The notes: generated by a model from the letters alone, not told the origin. 64,000 nt of DNA from Candidatus Marsarchaeota archaeon (GCA_023473665.1 JAMCYM010000001.1:52923-116922), one strand, 5' to 3'; positions 45,629 to 55,841 are shown, counted from the first letter of the stretch. Program-made: numbers and translations.

Positions 45629-46324
45629 TCAGAGATAGCCTGTTATTTCCTTCTGAGAGAAGCTGGAATAGCCTTTCTCCTTGGTTAACACTGAAATGTC
45701 GACGTTGTCTGACGTTAGCTTCTTCTCGTTGATCTTCTTTATGATGCCGACGCCCAGGTTTATTGCATCGTTCACTTCCATGTCATCCTTGAACTCCTTG
45801 GCGAGCGTATCTTCAGCTATGCGCTTCCCGGAGCCTATCGCATCGGCCTTGTAGCCAGAGAACGACGCGCCGGGCTCCACCTCGTAGAGGCGCTTTTCTG
45901 TGTCTATGCCGCCTATGAGCAGCGATATGGCGTACGGCCTCAGGCCTCCATATTGCGTGGCCATCTGCATCTCCTCAGATATCTCCCTTGCCACTGCCTC
46001 AACAGATTCCGTTTCGTCATAGACCATCCTGTGCATCTGGGTCTTGTTCCTCATCAGGTTGACGACGTGCAGCCCATCGGACACCAGTCCGCTGTACGTT
46101 GCGCCTATGAACGAGTCTACCTTGAATATCTTCTGCACGGTGCTTGGTATTATGAGAGGTTCGGTTATGTTCTTGTGCGCCACGAACACTATGCCGGTGT
46201 CGGCCACTATGCCTATCGATGTGGCGCCCCTGCGCACAGCCTCCTTTGCGTATTCTACCTGGAAGAGCCTGCCTTCTGGGCTGAACATCACGCCCCTGTC
46301 ATAAGCCTGTATGTTAGGATACAT
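45629..46324 (-). CDS. psmA: Proteasome subunit alpha
   Basis: YDR-x-x-x-FSPEGRLFQVEYA motif. Confidence 0.97.
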   Translation of the reverse strand: MYPNIQAYDRGVMFSPEGRLFQVEYAKEAVRRGATSIGIVADTGIVFVAHKNITEPLIIPSTVQKIFKVDSFIGATYSGLVSDGLHVVNLMRNKTQMHRMVYDETESVEAVAREISEEMQMATQYGGLRPYAISLLIGGIDTEKRLYEVEPGASFSGYKADAIGSGKRIAEDTLAKEFKDDMEVNDAINLGVGIIKKINEKKLTSDNVDISVLTKEKGYSSFSQKEITGYL

Positions 46325-46464
46325 TTTTCCACCAGTTGAACGTCAGATGGCTGCCAGCGCGCCCGCTTCCGGGCAGTGCACACTTATGCAAGGCGCAAAC
46401 ACCTGCAGCAAAAGCACGACCTTCTATTGCGGTATTTATTTGAATAGAACATTTTTAATGCTTG

Positions 46465-46818
46465 TTATTGCCGGGCGGCCGTGCCCGGTGCGCTCTCGCG
46501 CCCGAGGGTCTTGGCGTAGTCCCGCAGCGCCCTGAGCGTGCCCGAGCTCTTCAGCGTGTAGAACGCCATCTCGCTGCCGGCCACGCTCTTCACCATGGCG
46601 AGCGCCGCTACCATGCTTGGCGTTCCCTCAAGGCTCGCCCTCAATATGAACATGTCGCTGCCGACGAATCCTATGACGTGCGGGTTTATGCGGTGGTAGC
46701 CAAGCTGGCCCGCGCAGTCCATCAGGCTTATGTAGAGCCTCTTCTTGAACTCGTCCTGATCGCCGCGCACAGGAGTGCTTGTCTCAACCAGCACGTAGCG
46801 CCTCTTCTCACGCATCAT
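46465..46818 (-). CDS. rnp2: RNase P protein Pop5/Rpp14
   Basis: REKRRYV and SSGTLRAL motifs; superoperon position. Confidence 0.85.
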   Translation of the reverse strand: MMREKRRYVLVETSTPVRGDQDEFKKRLYISLMDCAGQLGYHRINPHVIGFVGSDMFILRASLEGTPSMVAALAMVKSVAGSEMAFYTLKSSGTLRALRDYAKTLGRESAPGTAARQ

Positions 46819-47341
46819 CGTCGCCACCAAGTTCACAGTTGACAGCGCTCAGCGCACTGCGCGCCTGCTTCTCGCTGGCGCCTATGAGCTTCGCCAGCTC
46901 CACGAGCTGCATGTATGAGCACATCTGCAATTTCGATGCCGCAAGGCTCACGAAGCCTACGCGCACTCCAGCCTTGGTGGCGTCTTTGAGCATGTTGCCC
47001 ATGAAGTACATGGCCCTTGTGCGCTTGAGCCCGAAGAGCTCGGTTATGGAGCTCATTGGAAACAATAGTATGGTGCCTCGCTCGCGCATCGTGGCGAGGA
47101 GCTTCCCGTCCGCATCGTTGCGCTCCACGACCAGCGCCTTGGCGCCTCCCTTTATCATGTTGGCGAGCCAGCCCATGTCCCTGCCGACAGCCATGAACTT
47201 CCCTTTATGCTGCCCCGATTCGCCGCCCTGGATCGCCATGCCAATGTCATTGCCTTCCTTGAAGACGCGTTTGAAGCCGAGCCTGGCGTCGAATCCGCGA
47301 TCGTAGTCGCACGTCGCCCTGACGAGGTCGTAGTAGTCCAT
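46808..47341 (-). CDS. rnp3: RNase P protein Rpp30 (divergent, short)
   Basis: MDYYDL start; SLAAS...ELAKLIG C-terminal pattern; position upstream of Pop5. Confidence 0.65.
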   Translation of the reverse strand: MDYYDLVRATCDYDRGFDARLGFKRVFKEGNDIGMAIQGGESGQHKGKFMAVGRDMGWLANMIKGGAKALVVERNDADGKLLATMRERGTILLFPMSSITELFGLKRTRAMYFMGNMLKDATKAGVRVGFVSLAASKLQMCSYMQLVELAKLIGASEKQARSALSAVNCELGGDDDA

Positions 47342-47343
47342 GC

Positions 47344-48615
47344 TTACACCTCGGCATTGCCGTTGCCGTCAGCCGGCTGGTCAGATTTGTGCTGCTCACC
47401 CGTACCGAATATGTCCTTCTCGAGCACGCTTCTAGTCTTCTTGCTAGGATAAAGCAGCTTTATGAGCTTGGTGTGGCCGCGTATGCCCTTGCCGGAGTCG
47501 AACGACACTATGAGCCCCTGCATTTCCAACTCTGCTATGTAGTTCCTGTACCAGCGTTCGCTTTTGGGCCCCCTGTGCAGCCCTTCTGCTATCGACTTGT
47601 AGCGGTTGTATACCTCGCCGCTGAACAGGTACGTGTCTACGCCGTCAGTAAGCTTTTTGTAGGAGCCGCCGCTCTCCGCAAGCATCACTATGGAGTAAAG
47701 AACGAGCTTCTGGTGCTCGGGCAGCGACACTATGAGGTCATAAACCACATCGTTCTCTGCGACCTTGACGGCGTGCTCCGCGTTCTCCATGCTCACCTTT
47801 TCGCCGGAGTTCTCTTCTGCCAGCTCCCCTGCCTTGGACAGCACCTTGAGCGAGAACCTAGCGTCGCCTCCCTCCTTGGCAGCCGCCGCTGCGATGTAGT
47901 GCAATATGTCGTCGCTCACCACATTTGGCTTGAAGCCGTCCTTCGCGCGCTCCTTTATTATCGCGTAGATCTCGTTCGAGTAGTAGGGCGAGAACACGAG
48001 CTCCGATTCGTACAGCGTCGACAGGCTCCTCGGGTCAAGGTCCTCCTTGAACGATACCTTGTTTGACACGCCTATTATGGTGACGCCGCCCGCGCGTATG
48101 TCGCTGTTTATCCTTGTCAGCGTGTAAACGAGGTCGTCGAGGTCCTTGACAACGTCTATCTCATCGAGCGCCACTACGAGTATCTTGCTGTCTTCCTCTA
48201 TCCAGTTGGCCAGCTTCTCGTACAGGTCGACGGTTCCGTAGCCGCGCTTGGCGTACGTAGGCATATGGTCGCTTATTATCTTGTTGAGCACCCTGAAGCG
48301 GGTGTTGTATACCCTGCAGTTCACGTAAGAGATGCGCGCGTGCGTGTTAGGTATACCTTCTATCTCGTTTATCACGTACTTAGTGCACGTGGTCTTACCC
48401 GTACCTGTGCGGCCGTAGACGAACAGGTTGCGCCCGCGCTCCCCATTGAGCGACGGCGCCAGCGCCCTCTCTATAGAATTGATCTCCTTCTCTCTGAAAA
48501 CGAGCTTGCGTGGGGTGAAGTGCGGCGATAGCACCTCCCTGTTAGCGAATATTTTTGACTCGACAAGGAGATCGTTGAGCGTCTGCATGAAACCCACCGC
48601 ATTTAATTTGCCCAC
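47344..48615 (-). CDS. cdc6: Orc1/Cdc6 replication initiator
   Basis: GRTGTGKT, YVNC, LDEID, GDAR and a C-terminal winged helix (GKGIRG). Confidence 0.95.
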   Translation of the reverse strand: MGKLNAVGFMQTLNDLLVESKIFANREVLSPHFTPRKLVFREKEINSIERALAPSLNGERGRNLFVYGRTGTGKTTCTKYVINEIEGIPNTHARISYVNCRVYNTRFRVLNKIISDHMPTYAKRGYGTVDLYEKLANWIEEDSKILVVALDEIDVVKDLDDLVYTLTRINSDIRAGGVTIIGVSNKVSFKEDLDPRSLSTLYESELVFSPYYSNEIYAIIKERAKDGFKPNVVSDDILHYIAAAAAKEGGDARFSLKVLSKAGELAEENSGEKVSMENAEHAVKVAENDVVYDLIVSLPEHQKLVLYSIVMLAESGGSYKKLTDGVDTYLFSGEVYNRYKSIAEGLHRGPKSERWYRNYIAELEMQGLIVSFDSGKGIRGHTKLIKLLYPSKKTRSVLEKDIFGTGEQHKSDQPADGNGNAEV

Positions 48616-48653
48616 GCAGGTTTATAAGTGATGCGCAGGGGCGCGCTGCGCAC

Positions 48654-48959
48654 TCATATAAGCTTGCGGTCCCTGAGCCTTCCGACGTCCATGATGCTGT
48701 ACTTCCACACTATATCGCCGCGCTCGTTGCTCTGCACTACCCATGGCATCACTATCACGACGTCGTTCTCCCTTATCCAGAAGCGCCTCCTCAGCCTTCC
48801 TGGTATGGAGCAGACGCGCTCGTTGCCGTCGCTGCACTGTACAACGAACTTCGACGCGCCAGATATCTTGACGACCTTGCCTAGCACCTGGCCATTTCCC
48901 GGCAGCCTGAGCTCATGCGCCGGCTCTTCGACCCTCGGCCTTCTCCTGTAGAACGACAT
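48654..48959 (-). CDS. eif1a: Translation initiation factor aIF-1A
   Basis: C-x-DG-x-ERVCSIPGRLRRRFWIRENDVV and GDIVWKY motifs. Confidence 0.95.
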   Translation of the reverse strand: MSFYRRRPRVEEPAHELRLPGNGQVLGKVVKISGASKFVVQCSDGNERVCSIPGRLRRRFWIRENDVVIVMPWVVQSNERGDIVWKYSIMDVGRLRDRKLI

Positions 48960-48976
48960 TTCAACACCATATCAAT

Positions 48977-49393
48977 TCAATAGTTCTTGACTCCATAGCG
49001 CGCGCCGCACGCCTCGCACACGAGATAGAACATGCCGCGGCTCGCTCCCTCGAGGTGCGTGTCCGGCTTGTGGCACTCCCTGCATATGACGTAAACCTCG
49101 AAGTAGCGCTTCATTCTGGCGTTGAGGTCATCGGTGCTGAACCTGCCGTTCAGCACGAGCCTCTGCTCCTCCATGTTGACCGGCACGCTGAGCTCCTTGC
49201 TCAGGTACCTGCTTATGTCGCCCACGTTCCTGCGGGCCTTGTCCGCTATAGCGGATATGTTCCTTATTATCGTCTTCGCGCCCTGCACTATCGAGTCGAC
49301 GGTAGGTATCACGAAGTCAGAATGCTCGGCGGCCAGGCTCGGCAGTTTCGAAAATGCCCTGTCTAAAAGTGCATTGTACTCTTCGTCGCCCAA
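48977..49393 (-). CDS. eif2b: Translation initiation factor aIF-2 beta
   Basis: Y-x-x-LLDRA and YVICRECHKPDT...CEACGA; probable TTG start after GGTG. Confidence 0.94.
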   Translation of the reverse strand: MGDEEYNALLDRAFSKLPSLAAEHSDFVIPTVDSIVQGAKTIIRNISAIADKARRNVGDISRYLSKELSVPVNMEEQRLVLNGRFSTDDLNARMKRYFEVYVICRECHKPDTHLEGASRGMFYLVCEACGARYGVKNY

Positions 49394-49479
49394 CCAGAAC
49401 ACCGACGTGCGCAGTGAAAGCGCAGCGTTAGTAGTAATGGCAACGAACCTATTTAAAGCGTTCCTGCGTTATACTACCC

Positions 49480-49742
49480 GTGGCAGATAGGCTGGGAAGT
49501 TAAGGGTTTCCCATTCGCAAATCCCTTTCAGGCGGGCCAATGCCGGCAGCGTGCCGGAATGCCATTTGAGGCCTGCACCAAGGCGTTGAGGTCTTGCCCT
49601 GGATGATGGCCCAATATGTGAACCAGGCCAGGCCGGAAGGAGCAACCTTAAGCATATTCAGGCCATGCTTCTAGGATACAGGACTGAGTCGAGATGCAAC
49701 CAACCTCATTTGGCATTCATGTGCAACGCCGGCCTCTGCCAC
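49480..49742 (+). ncRNA. ffs: Archaeal SRP (7S) RNA
   Basis: Helix 8 CCAGGCCGGAAGGAGCAAC; complementary termini GTGGCAGA/TCTGCCAC; TTTAAA TATA upstream. Confidence 0.92.
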
Positions 49743-49791
49743 ACGATAGCGCTAAAAGCGCAGCGCCACAAAGTAGCGAAATGATTACACT

Positions 49792-49875
49792 GCCGGGGTC
49801 GCCTAGAGGTAGGGCGGCAGCCTGCTAAGCTGTTTGGCTGAAAGGCCTCCGTGGGTCCGATTCCCACCCCCGGCG
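49792..49875 (+). tRNA. tRNA-Ser(GCT)
   Basis: GCCGGGG/CCCCGGC acceptor stem; GCAGC-CT-GCT-AA-GCTGT; long variable arm; G discriminator. Confidence 0.92.
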
Positions 49876-49894
49876 TTCTTATGTGCGTGGTTGA

Positions 49895-50680
49895 GTGCTC
49901 TTCGTCGGAATAGATCTTGCGTGGTCGCCAAGGAACAATACGGGCATAGCGCTCATAAAGGGCGACGAGAATGGCGGCAGACTCGCCAGCGCAGGCATAG
50001 GGGTGTCTGATGATTCTCTTGTCGACTATGTGCGCAAGGGCGTCGGCAAGGCAAGCGCGCTTGTGGCCGTCGATGCGCCGCTCATAGTGCGCAACAATTC
50101 CGGCAGGAGGCCAGCCGACACGCTCGTCAGCGAGCTGTTCAGGAAATATGATGCCGGCGCATATCCGGCGAACCGCGCGCGCCTGGGCGCATGGTCAAAT
50201 GGCAAGGTACGCGGCGAGGAGCTTGTCGCAGGCCTCGAACGCATCGGCTTCTCCCACAATCCATATATCAAGCGCTTCGAGCGCACGAGGAAGGTGTTCG
50301 AAGTGTATCCACATCCGGCCATGGTGGTTATATTCGGCTTGGACCACATACTCAGATACAAATCCAAGCCGAACAGGGCTTCTGGGTTCCGCGTCAAGGA
50401 ATTTGCCAAGTATGAAGCGCTGCTCAAGGGCCTCTCAAAGGCGGATCCGCGGCTCGAAGTGGGCGACGGGCTGCTGCTGGGGAGGAAGCTCGGCGGCCTT
50501 AGTCATGTTGCGATGAAGCGCCACGAGGACACGCTTGATGCAGTGTTCTGCGCTTATACTGCCTATTACTATTGGGCGCATCCTGAAAAATGTGCAGTAC
50601 TGGGCGACATGAAAAACGGCTACATAGTAACGCCTGTCAAGGAGTCAATGCGCGGCATGCAGAAAGAGCTATTCCTGTAA
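49895..50680 (+). CDS. DUF429 family predicted nuclease (RNase H-like fold)
   Basis: GIDLAW, VDAPL, EVYPHPA and EDTLDAVFCA motifs. Confidence 0.85.
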   Translation: MLFVGIDLAWSPRNNTGIALIKGDENGGRLASAGIGVSDDSLVDYVRKGVGKASALVAVDAPLIVRNNSGRRPADTLVSELFRKYDAGAYPANRARLGAWSNGKVRGEELVAGLERIGFSHNPYIKRFERTRKVFEVYPHPAMVVIFGLDHILRYKSKPNRASGFRVKEFAKYEALLKGLSKADPRLEVGDGLLLGRKLGGLSHVAMKRHEDTLDAVFCAYTAYYYWAHPEKCAVLGDMKNGYIVTPVKESMRGMQKELFL

Positions 50681-50736
50681 TTCAGGTAAATAGATGCAGC
50701 GACCTGTTTAAAAATATCGCAGGTGTCATTCTTGCG

Positions 50737-50904
50737 ATGTTCATGGAACTAAAAGAGGAACAGGCTGAAGCCGACAAGCGCGTATGCCCTGAATGCGGGC
50801 GCGAGATGGTTGTAGTCGACGGCCAGCAATCATGCGGCTGCGGTTCTGCAGAATCTGCAGGATGCGGCTGCGGTGGTGCCTGCGGTTGCGGCGGCCACTG
50901 CTGA
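50737..50904 (+). CDS. Small Cys/Gly-rich protein (metallothionein-like)
   Basis: CPECG...CGC...CGCGGACGCGGHC; AGGTG RBS; TTTAAAAA upstream. Confidence 0.7.
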   Translation: MFMELKEEQAEADKRVCPECGREMVVVDGQQSCGCGSAESAGCGCGGACGCGGHC

Positions 50905-50907
50905 ACC

Positions 50908-51723
50908 TTACGCTTTTACGGCTGCATCCGCCAGAGCGTCCTTGCAGCTGCATGAGCGCTTCTCCGGCAGGGTCCTGACTATCTCTGTAATCAGCGCCTT
51001 CATCTTGCCCATGCTGGCATTCATCCTTGCGCCCACGTCATTGAAACTTACGGGCCCTATGTCCCTGTTCTCTTCTACTCCGGAATCGTAATCAGTTATT
51101 ACCGATATGCCTAGGAAGCACATGCCCCGCTCCCTCGCCAGCGCTATTTCTGGATACTGCGTCATGTTAACTATGTCGCCGCCTATGCTTCTGAAGAATT
51201 TCGATTCCGCCTTCGTAGAGAAGCGCGGGCCGCTGATGACTATGACCGTGCCTGCATTGTGGTACTTCACGTTGGTGGCATCGCCTGCGGTTATGGCGAA
51301 CTGCCGCATCTCGTCGCAGTAAGGTTTCGCTGTGCTCACGTGCGTCACCGGTTCAGAGCCGCCGTCGAAGAAAGTTTCGTCTCGGCCATGGCTGAGATTG
51401 ATGAACTGGTCGGGGAAGACGAAGTCGCCGGGCATAAAGCTCGCGCGCAGCGAACCCACCGCAGATTCTGATATTATGCGCTCAACACCCAGCTGGCTCA
51501 TGGCCTCGATGTTGGCCCTGTATGGCACCTTGTGCGGCGGAATGGTATGCTTGCTGCCGTGCCTCGGCAGGAACGCCACCTTCCTCCCCGCAAGCTCGCC
51601 TATGGCTATGCTGTCGCTGGGCTTGCCAAACCTTGTTTCCAGTTCCAGCTCTTCGCCGTTGTCGAGCAGCGAGTACAAGCCGGAACCTCCTATGATGCCT
51701 ATCTCGGCTTTCTGCTCCGCCAT
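50908..51723 (-). CDS. mtnP: 5'-methylthioadenosine phosphorylase
   Basis: GIIGGSG, RHG-x-x-H-x-IPPH, GPRFST-x-AES, NMT-x-x-PE and TDYD motifs. Confidence 0.94.
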   Translation of the reverse strand: MAEQKAEIGIIGGSGLYSLLDNGEELELETRFGKPSDSIAIGELAGRKVAFLPRHGSKHTIPPHKVPYRANIEAMSQLGVERIISESAVGSLRASFMPGDFVFPDQFINLSHGRDETFFDGGSEPVTHVSTAKPYCDEMRQFAITAGDATNVKYHNAGTVIVISGPRFSTKAESKFFRSIGGDIVNMTQYPEIALARERGMCFLGISVITDYDSGVEENRDIGPVSFNDVGARMNASMGKMKALITEIVRTLPEKRSCSCKDALADAAVKA

Positions 51724-51732
51724 CTGAATTCC

Positions 51733-52998
51733 TCAGTACCAGCCGCGCGCCTTCATCGCGCTCGCCACCCTGCCTATTGCTATTATGTAGGCTGCGGTCC
51801 TGGGTGTTATCCTGCTGCCTTTTGCCTCATATTCCTTCCTGACAGCCATCGTGTCTGCGAACGACTTGGTTATTATCTTGTCAAGCTTCTGGTACACCTC
51901 GTCTGCGCCCCAGTAATAGCCGCCTATGTTCTGGACCCATTCGAAGTACGAGCCTATCACGCCTCCTGAATTGACCAGGAAATCAGGCAGGTCGAGCACT
52001 CCCTTCTCGTGGAGTATGCTGTCGGCCTCTGGCGTAACCGGACCGTTGGCCAGCTCAAGCACGAGCTTGGCCTTTATCTTGTCGGCGTTGCTCCCGGTTA
52101 CCTGGTTCTCTATCGCGGCCGGTATGAGGATGTCGACGTCGCTCTCAAGGAGCTGCTCGTTTGTCATCTTTGTGCCGCCCTCATAGCCCTGCACGCTGCC
52201 GCTCTCCTTCTTCGCCTTCTCGAGCTTCGCCAGGTCAAGGCCGTTTGCATCATAAATCGCGCCCCTCGAATCGCTTATCGCGACTACGTTGGAGCCAAAG
52301 AGCTTCTTGGACAAGGTGTACGCGAACATGCCTGCGTTGCCGAATCCCTGCACGGCTATTTTTGCCTTTTTCAGGTCTATGCCAAGGTTCTTCGCGGCCT
52401 CGCGCATGACGTACATGCCGCCCATGGCCGTAGAATCGTTCCTGCCTTCAGATCCCCAAACCTCAAGCGGCTTGCCCGTTATTGTGCCGAAGGCGTCATA
52501 CCTGACAATATTGCTGTACTCATCCATCATCCAGGCCATAATCTGCGGCGTCGTATACACGTCTGGCGCCGGTATGTCGACCTGCGGGCCTATGAACTTG
52601 CCGATCGCGCGAATGTAGCCGCGCGAGAGCGCTTCGAGTTCGCGCATGCTCATGCCCTTCGTGTCGCATATTACGCCGCCTTTCGCGCCGCCGTATGGTA
52701 TGTTGGCCAGGCTCGTCTTCCAAGTCATCCATGCAGCGAGCGCCTTGACGGTATCGAGGCTCTCCTGCGGGTGGAATCTTATACCGCCCTTCACTGGCCC
52801 GCGGGCGTCGTTGTACTGCACCCTGAATCCAGTGAACACCTTTGTCTCTCCGCTGTCCATCCTAACTGGTATGTTGACAACAAGTGTGCGCATCGGTTCC
52901 CTGAGTATTGCATGGGCCTGCTCGTCAAGGTCCATAACTTTAGCGGCCTCATCAAGCTGCTGCTGCGCTATCTTGAAAGGATTCAATTCCTCAGCCAT
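51733..52998 (-). CDS. gdhA: Glutamate dehydrogenase
   Basis: KGGIRFH, MTWK, GGAKGG, PAPDV, QGFGN, ANGP and SYFEW motifs. Confidence 0.96.
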   Translation of the reverse strand: MAEELNPFKIAQQQLDEAAKVMDLDEQAHAILREPMRTLVVNIPVRMDSGETKVFTGFRVQYNDARGPVKGGIRFHPQESLDTVKALAAWMTWKTSLANIPYGGAKGGVICDTKGMSMRELEALSRGYIRAIGKFIGPQVDIPAPDVYTTPQIMAWMMDEYSNIVRYDAFGTITGKPLEVWGSEGRNDSTAMGGMYVMREAAKNLGIDLKKAKIAVQGFGNAGMFAYTLSKKLFGSNVVAISDSRGAIYDANGLDLAKLEKAKKESGSVQGYEGGTKMTNEQLLESDVDILIPAAIENQVTGSNADKIKAKLVLELANGPVTPEADSILHEKGVLDLPDFLVNSGGVIGSYFEWVQNIGGYYWGADEVYQKLDKIITKSFADTMAVRKEYEAKGSRITPRTAAYIIAIGRVASAMKARGWY

Positions 52999-53084
52999 AG
53001 AATCACAGCAGATTATGCATGATTAAGGCTAAATATATTGCTCGGATTTTATCCACCTAAAAGCAAAAGTCGCATCAGCTTGCG

Positions 53085-55841
53085 CTAGCGCTGGCCGTAT
53101 TTCGCGTAGAAGGCCAGATAGCTGCTCATCACCGAGTCCGGCGCCGAGGGCTTCATCTTGTGTATTATGGATAGCATGTCGTCCATGCGTACGCTCTCGT
53201 CTGCGCCGCTGTCCATGGCCCTCTCCATCACAAGCGTCTTGGCCTCCCTGCATGTGCTGGCTATGTCTGCGCCTGTGAAGCCCTTGGTCTCGCTGCCAAG
53301 CCTTGCATATGGGAAGTCCTTTTCAACCGGCACCTTGCTAAGATAGGCTTTGAAGAGTGCTGCCCTATGTGCAGCATCTGGCGGCCTGACGAATATCAGC
53401 TTGTCGAACCTGCCCGGCCTGAGTATCGCAGGATCGAGCGCGTCAGGCTTGTTAGTCGCACCCACAACCACCACATCTACGTTCTTGCGTATCCCGTCCA
53501 TCTCCTGCAGGAACTCCCCGGTCACCTGTGCGGCGTACTCGCTCGCCCCTCCTCTGTCAGCCACCAGGTCGTCTATCTCGTCTATGAATATTATCGAGGG
53601 CTTGTTCTCCTGCGCCCTGTAGAATATGTCCTTTATCGTGGCTCCCGCTCTCTCCATGCCGCCCTGCTGCAGCGTCGCTCCGTTTATCTCGAGCATCGTT
53701 ATTCCGCGAAGCTCGTGGGTTATCGCCTTCATCAGCATAGTCTTGCCGGTGCCCGGCGGCCCGAAGAGGAGTATGCCGTTTATATTCTTTATGTCGTACT
53801 TCGCTATCAGGTCGGGATGCATCAACGGCAATTGCACTGCCTCAACAACCGCCTTCTTCGCATCCTCGAGGCCTATCACGTCGTCGAACGATATGCCTGT
53901 ATCGGAATCAGTGCCCGTTGACGTTACGCCGCGCGACCTGTCGAAATCGAGTTTGAATTTGTTGTACTCGTCGACCTGTGCCAGCGATGTCGAAGCCTTC
54001 GTCTTCCGTATTGCGTCCTCAAGGTCATCCATGCCTATCTCTATTATGCGATGCTCGGCTGCAGCCCTCTGGGCGACTTCCTGCGCGACATTCTGGCACA
54101 CGCCGCGTATGTCTGCGCCGGAATATCTCTCAGTAGCCTTGGCGAGCTTGCTTATGTTGACATCCTTCGCGATCGGCAGCTTCGACAGGTAGATGTCGAA
54201 TATGGCCTTTCTGCCCTTCTCGTCGGGCAGGTGCATGTATATGACCCTGTCGAACCTGCCCGGCCTGAGCACAGCCGAGTCCAGCGCGTTGGGTATGTTG
54301 GTGGCGCCAACTATCAGCACCCGGTCCAGCTTCTCAAAGCCGTCCATCTCCTGCAGGAACTGCGAGAGCAGGTGCCTGTGCACGTCATCGGTTTCGGCCA
54401 GCCTGCTCGAGCACACCGTGTCTATCTCGTCTATGAACAGCACGCAGGGCGTGTTCTTCTTCGCGGTGTCGAATATGCCAGCCAGAATCTTTTCGCTTTC
54501 GCCCGGATACGCAGATATCAGGTTTGCGGACTTGACGTAGTAGAAGTTCGCGTGTATCTCGTTGGCGAGCGCGCGCATCATCATTGTCTTGCCTGTGCCC
54601 GGCGGCCCGAAGAAGACTATGCCTTTTACCGGATTCACATTGTAGGCGCGCGATACGCCTCTCTGCTCTATCGGCCCTATCGCGGCCTCTTTGAGCTCCT
54701 TCTTAACCCTGTCGTAGTTGCCCACATCGTCGAATGTCTCAGTCACGTTGCCCTGCTCGAGGTCCTCGAACGCCTCGCCGAACTTCATCCTGACATCCTG
54801 CTTCTTGACGTCGAGGGCCTTGACTATATGGATGTTGTAGAGCTCCATGAACGCTACTGCAATTGGCGCGAGCACGAAGCTCGCGAACGGTATCACATAC
54901 ATGATGGCCTGGCCAGAATACAGCGCCAGGCCGAGGGCCGTTATCGGATATGCGAGCCCTATGAACGAGGCCTTGGTGCCCTTGTACTTCGACCTGCTTG
55001 TCACAGCCACAAGGTCTATCCCGAATGCCATTGCAACTGCAATTGCAAGCTGGAGCAAGTAGAGCATGCTGTTCGCTAGCGAGCTTATCAGGCCGAGGAA
55101 CGTGTAGTCTATGCCGTCTATCACAGCGCTGCTCTTGAACAGCGCGTATGCGCTGCCGCTTGAAGAGGCGAGATTCTGCAAGGTGAGGCGCGGCAACTGA
55201 GGCGTGATGTATGCGAGCGACGGGTTGCCTAGCAAAGCAGAGTGCGCTGCGGCCGCATTGTAGATTACAAATGCATAGTTCTGCACTCCCAGCACCCCCG
55301 AGAGCGCAGCTATCCCGATGAACGCTATCACATAGACGATCGCCGCACGCCTGAAACCGACGACCAGCGGCGTAACGATAAGAAACGGTATGAAGAAGGT
55401 GTAGCCTGCGGGCGAGAAGGCGAGCGCCACGAGTATGTATGCGAACATCATTGTGCGGTAGTGCATGTAACCGTATACTAGCGCGACGGAGATGATGAAC
55501 ATGAATACGAGCGCCAGTGCTGGAACCGTATACATGAGCATCGGGAAGGTTATGGCCATCAGCGCGATTACTCCGATGAACGGTTTGTACAGCGCGATCG
55601 CAAACAGCGCCACTGCCAGCGCGGCCACAAGAGCATATGGATAATAGCCGAATGCATAAGTCGCGGCAAGAAATGCCGCGAGCGCCAGCGCAGCATCTAT
55701 GAAATTAGAGTTAGTCGCGATCCTGAGCAGCTTGTCCTTGAGGGTATAGAAGCCTATGGGCAGAAGCTTGTGCCTCTCCTTGACAAGTCTCCTTACCCTC
55801 TCGCTCTTGACCGTAGACCGTTTAAGGTCCAACGCAGACAT
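53085..55841 (-). CDS. Multi-TM membrane protein fused to tandem CDC48-like AAA ATPase domains
   Basis: About 340-aa hydrophobic N-terminus; two GPPGTGKT/FIDEID/LRPGRFD modules. Confidence 0.88.
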   Translation of the reverse strand: MSALDLKRSTVKSERVRRLVKERHKLLPIGFYTLKDKLLRIATNSNFIDAALALAAFLAATYAFGYYPYALVAALAVALFAIALYKPFIGVIALMAITFPMLMYTVPALALVFMFIISVALVYGYMHYRTMMFAYILVALAFSPAGYTFFIPFLIVTPLVVGFRRAAIVYVIAFIGIAALSGVLGVQNYAFVIYNAAAAHSALLGNPSLAYITPQLPRLTLQNLASSSGSAYALFKSSAVIDGIDYTFLGLISSLANSMLYLLQLAIAVAMAFGIDLVAVTSRSKYKGTKASFIGLAYPITALGLALYSGQAIMYVIPFASFVLAPIAVAFMELYNIHIVKALDVKKQDVRMKFGEAFEDLEQGNVTETFDDVGNYDRVKKELKEAAIGPIEQRGVSRAYNVNPVKGIVFFGPPGTGKTMMMRALANEIHANFYYVKSANLISAYPGESEKILAGIFDTAKKNTPCVLFIDEIDTVCSSRLAETDDVHRHLLSQFLQEMDGFEKLDRVLIVGATNIPNALDSAVLRPGRFDRVIYMHLPDEKGRKAIFDIYLSKLPIAKDVNISKLAKATERYSGADIRGVCQNVAQEVAQRAAAEHRIIEIGMDDLEDAIRKTKASTSLAQVDEYNKFKLDFDRSRGVTSTGTDSDTGISFDDVIGLEDAKKAVVEAVQLPLMHPDLIAKYDIKNINGILLFGPPGTGKTMLMKAITHELRGITMLEINGATLQQGGMERAGATIKDIFYRAQENKPSIIFIDEIDDLVADRGGASEYAAQVTGEFLQEMDGIRKNVDVVVVGATNKPDALDPAILRPGRFDKLIFVRPPDAAHRAALFKAYLSKVPVEKDFPYARLGSETKGFTGADIASTCREAKTLVMERAMDSGADESVRMDDMLSIIHKMKPSAPDSVMSSYLAFYAKYGQR

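Noticed and set aside
48600..48660. Possible replication origin next to cdc6
   Set aside because: Only about 40 nt intergenic, with no ORB-like repeats or AT-rich unwinding element visible
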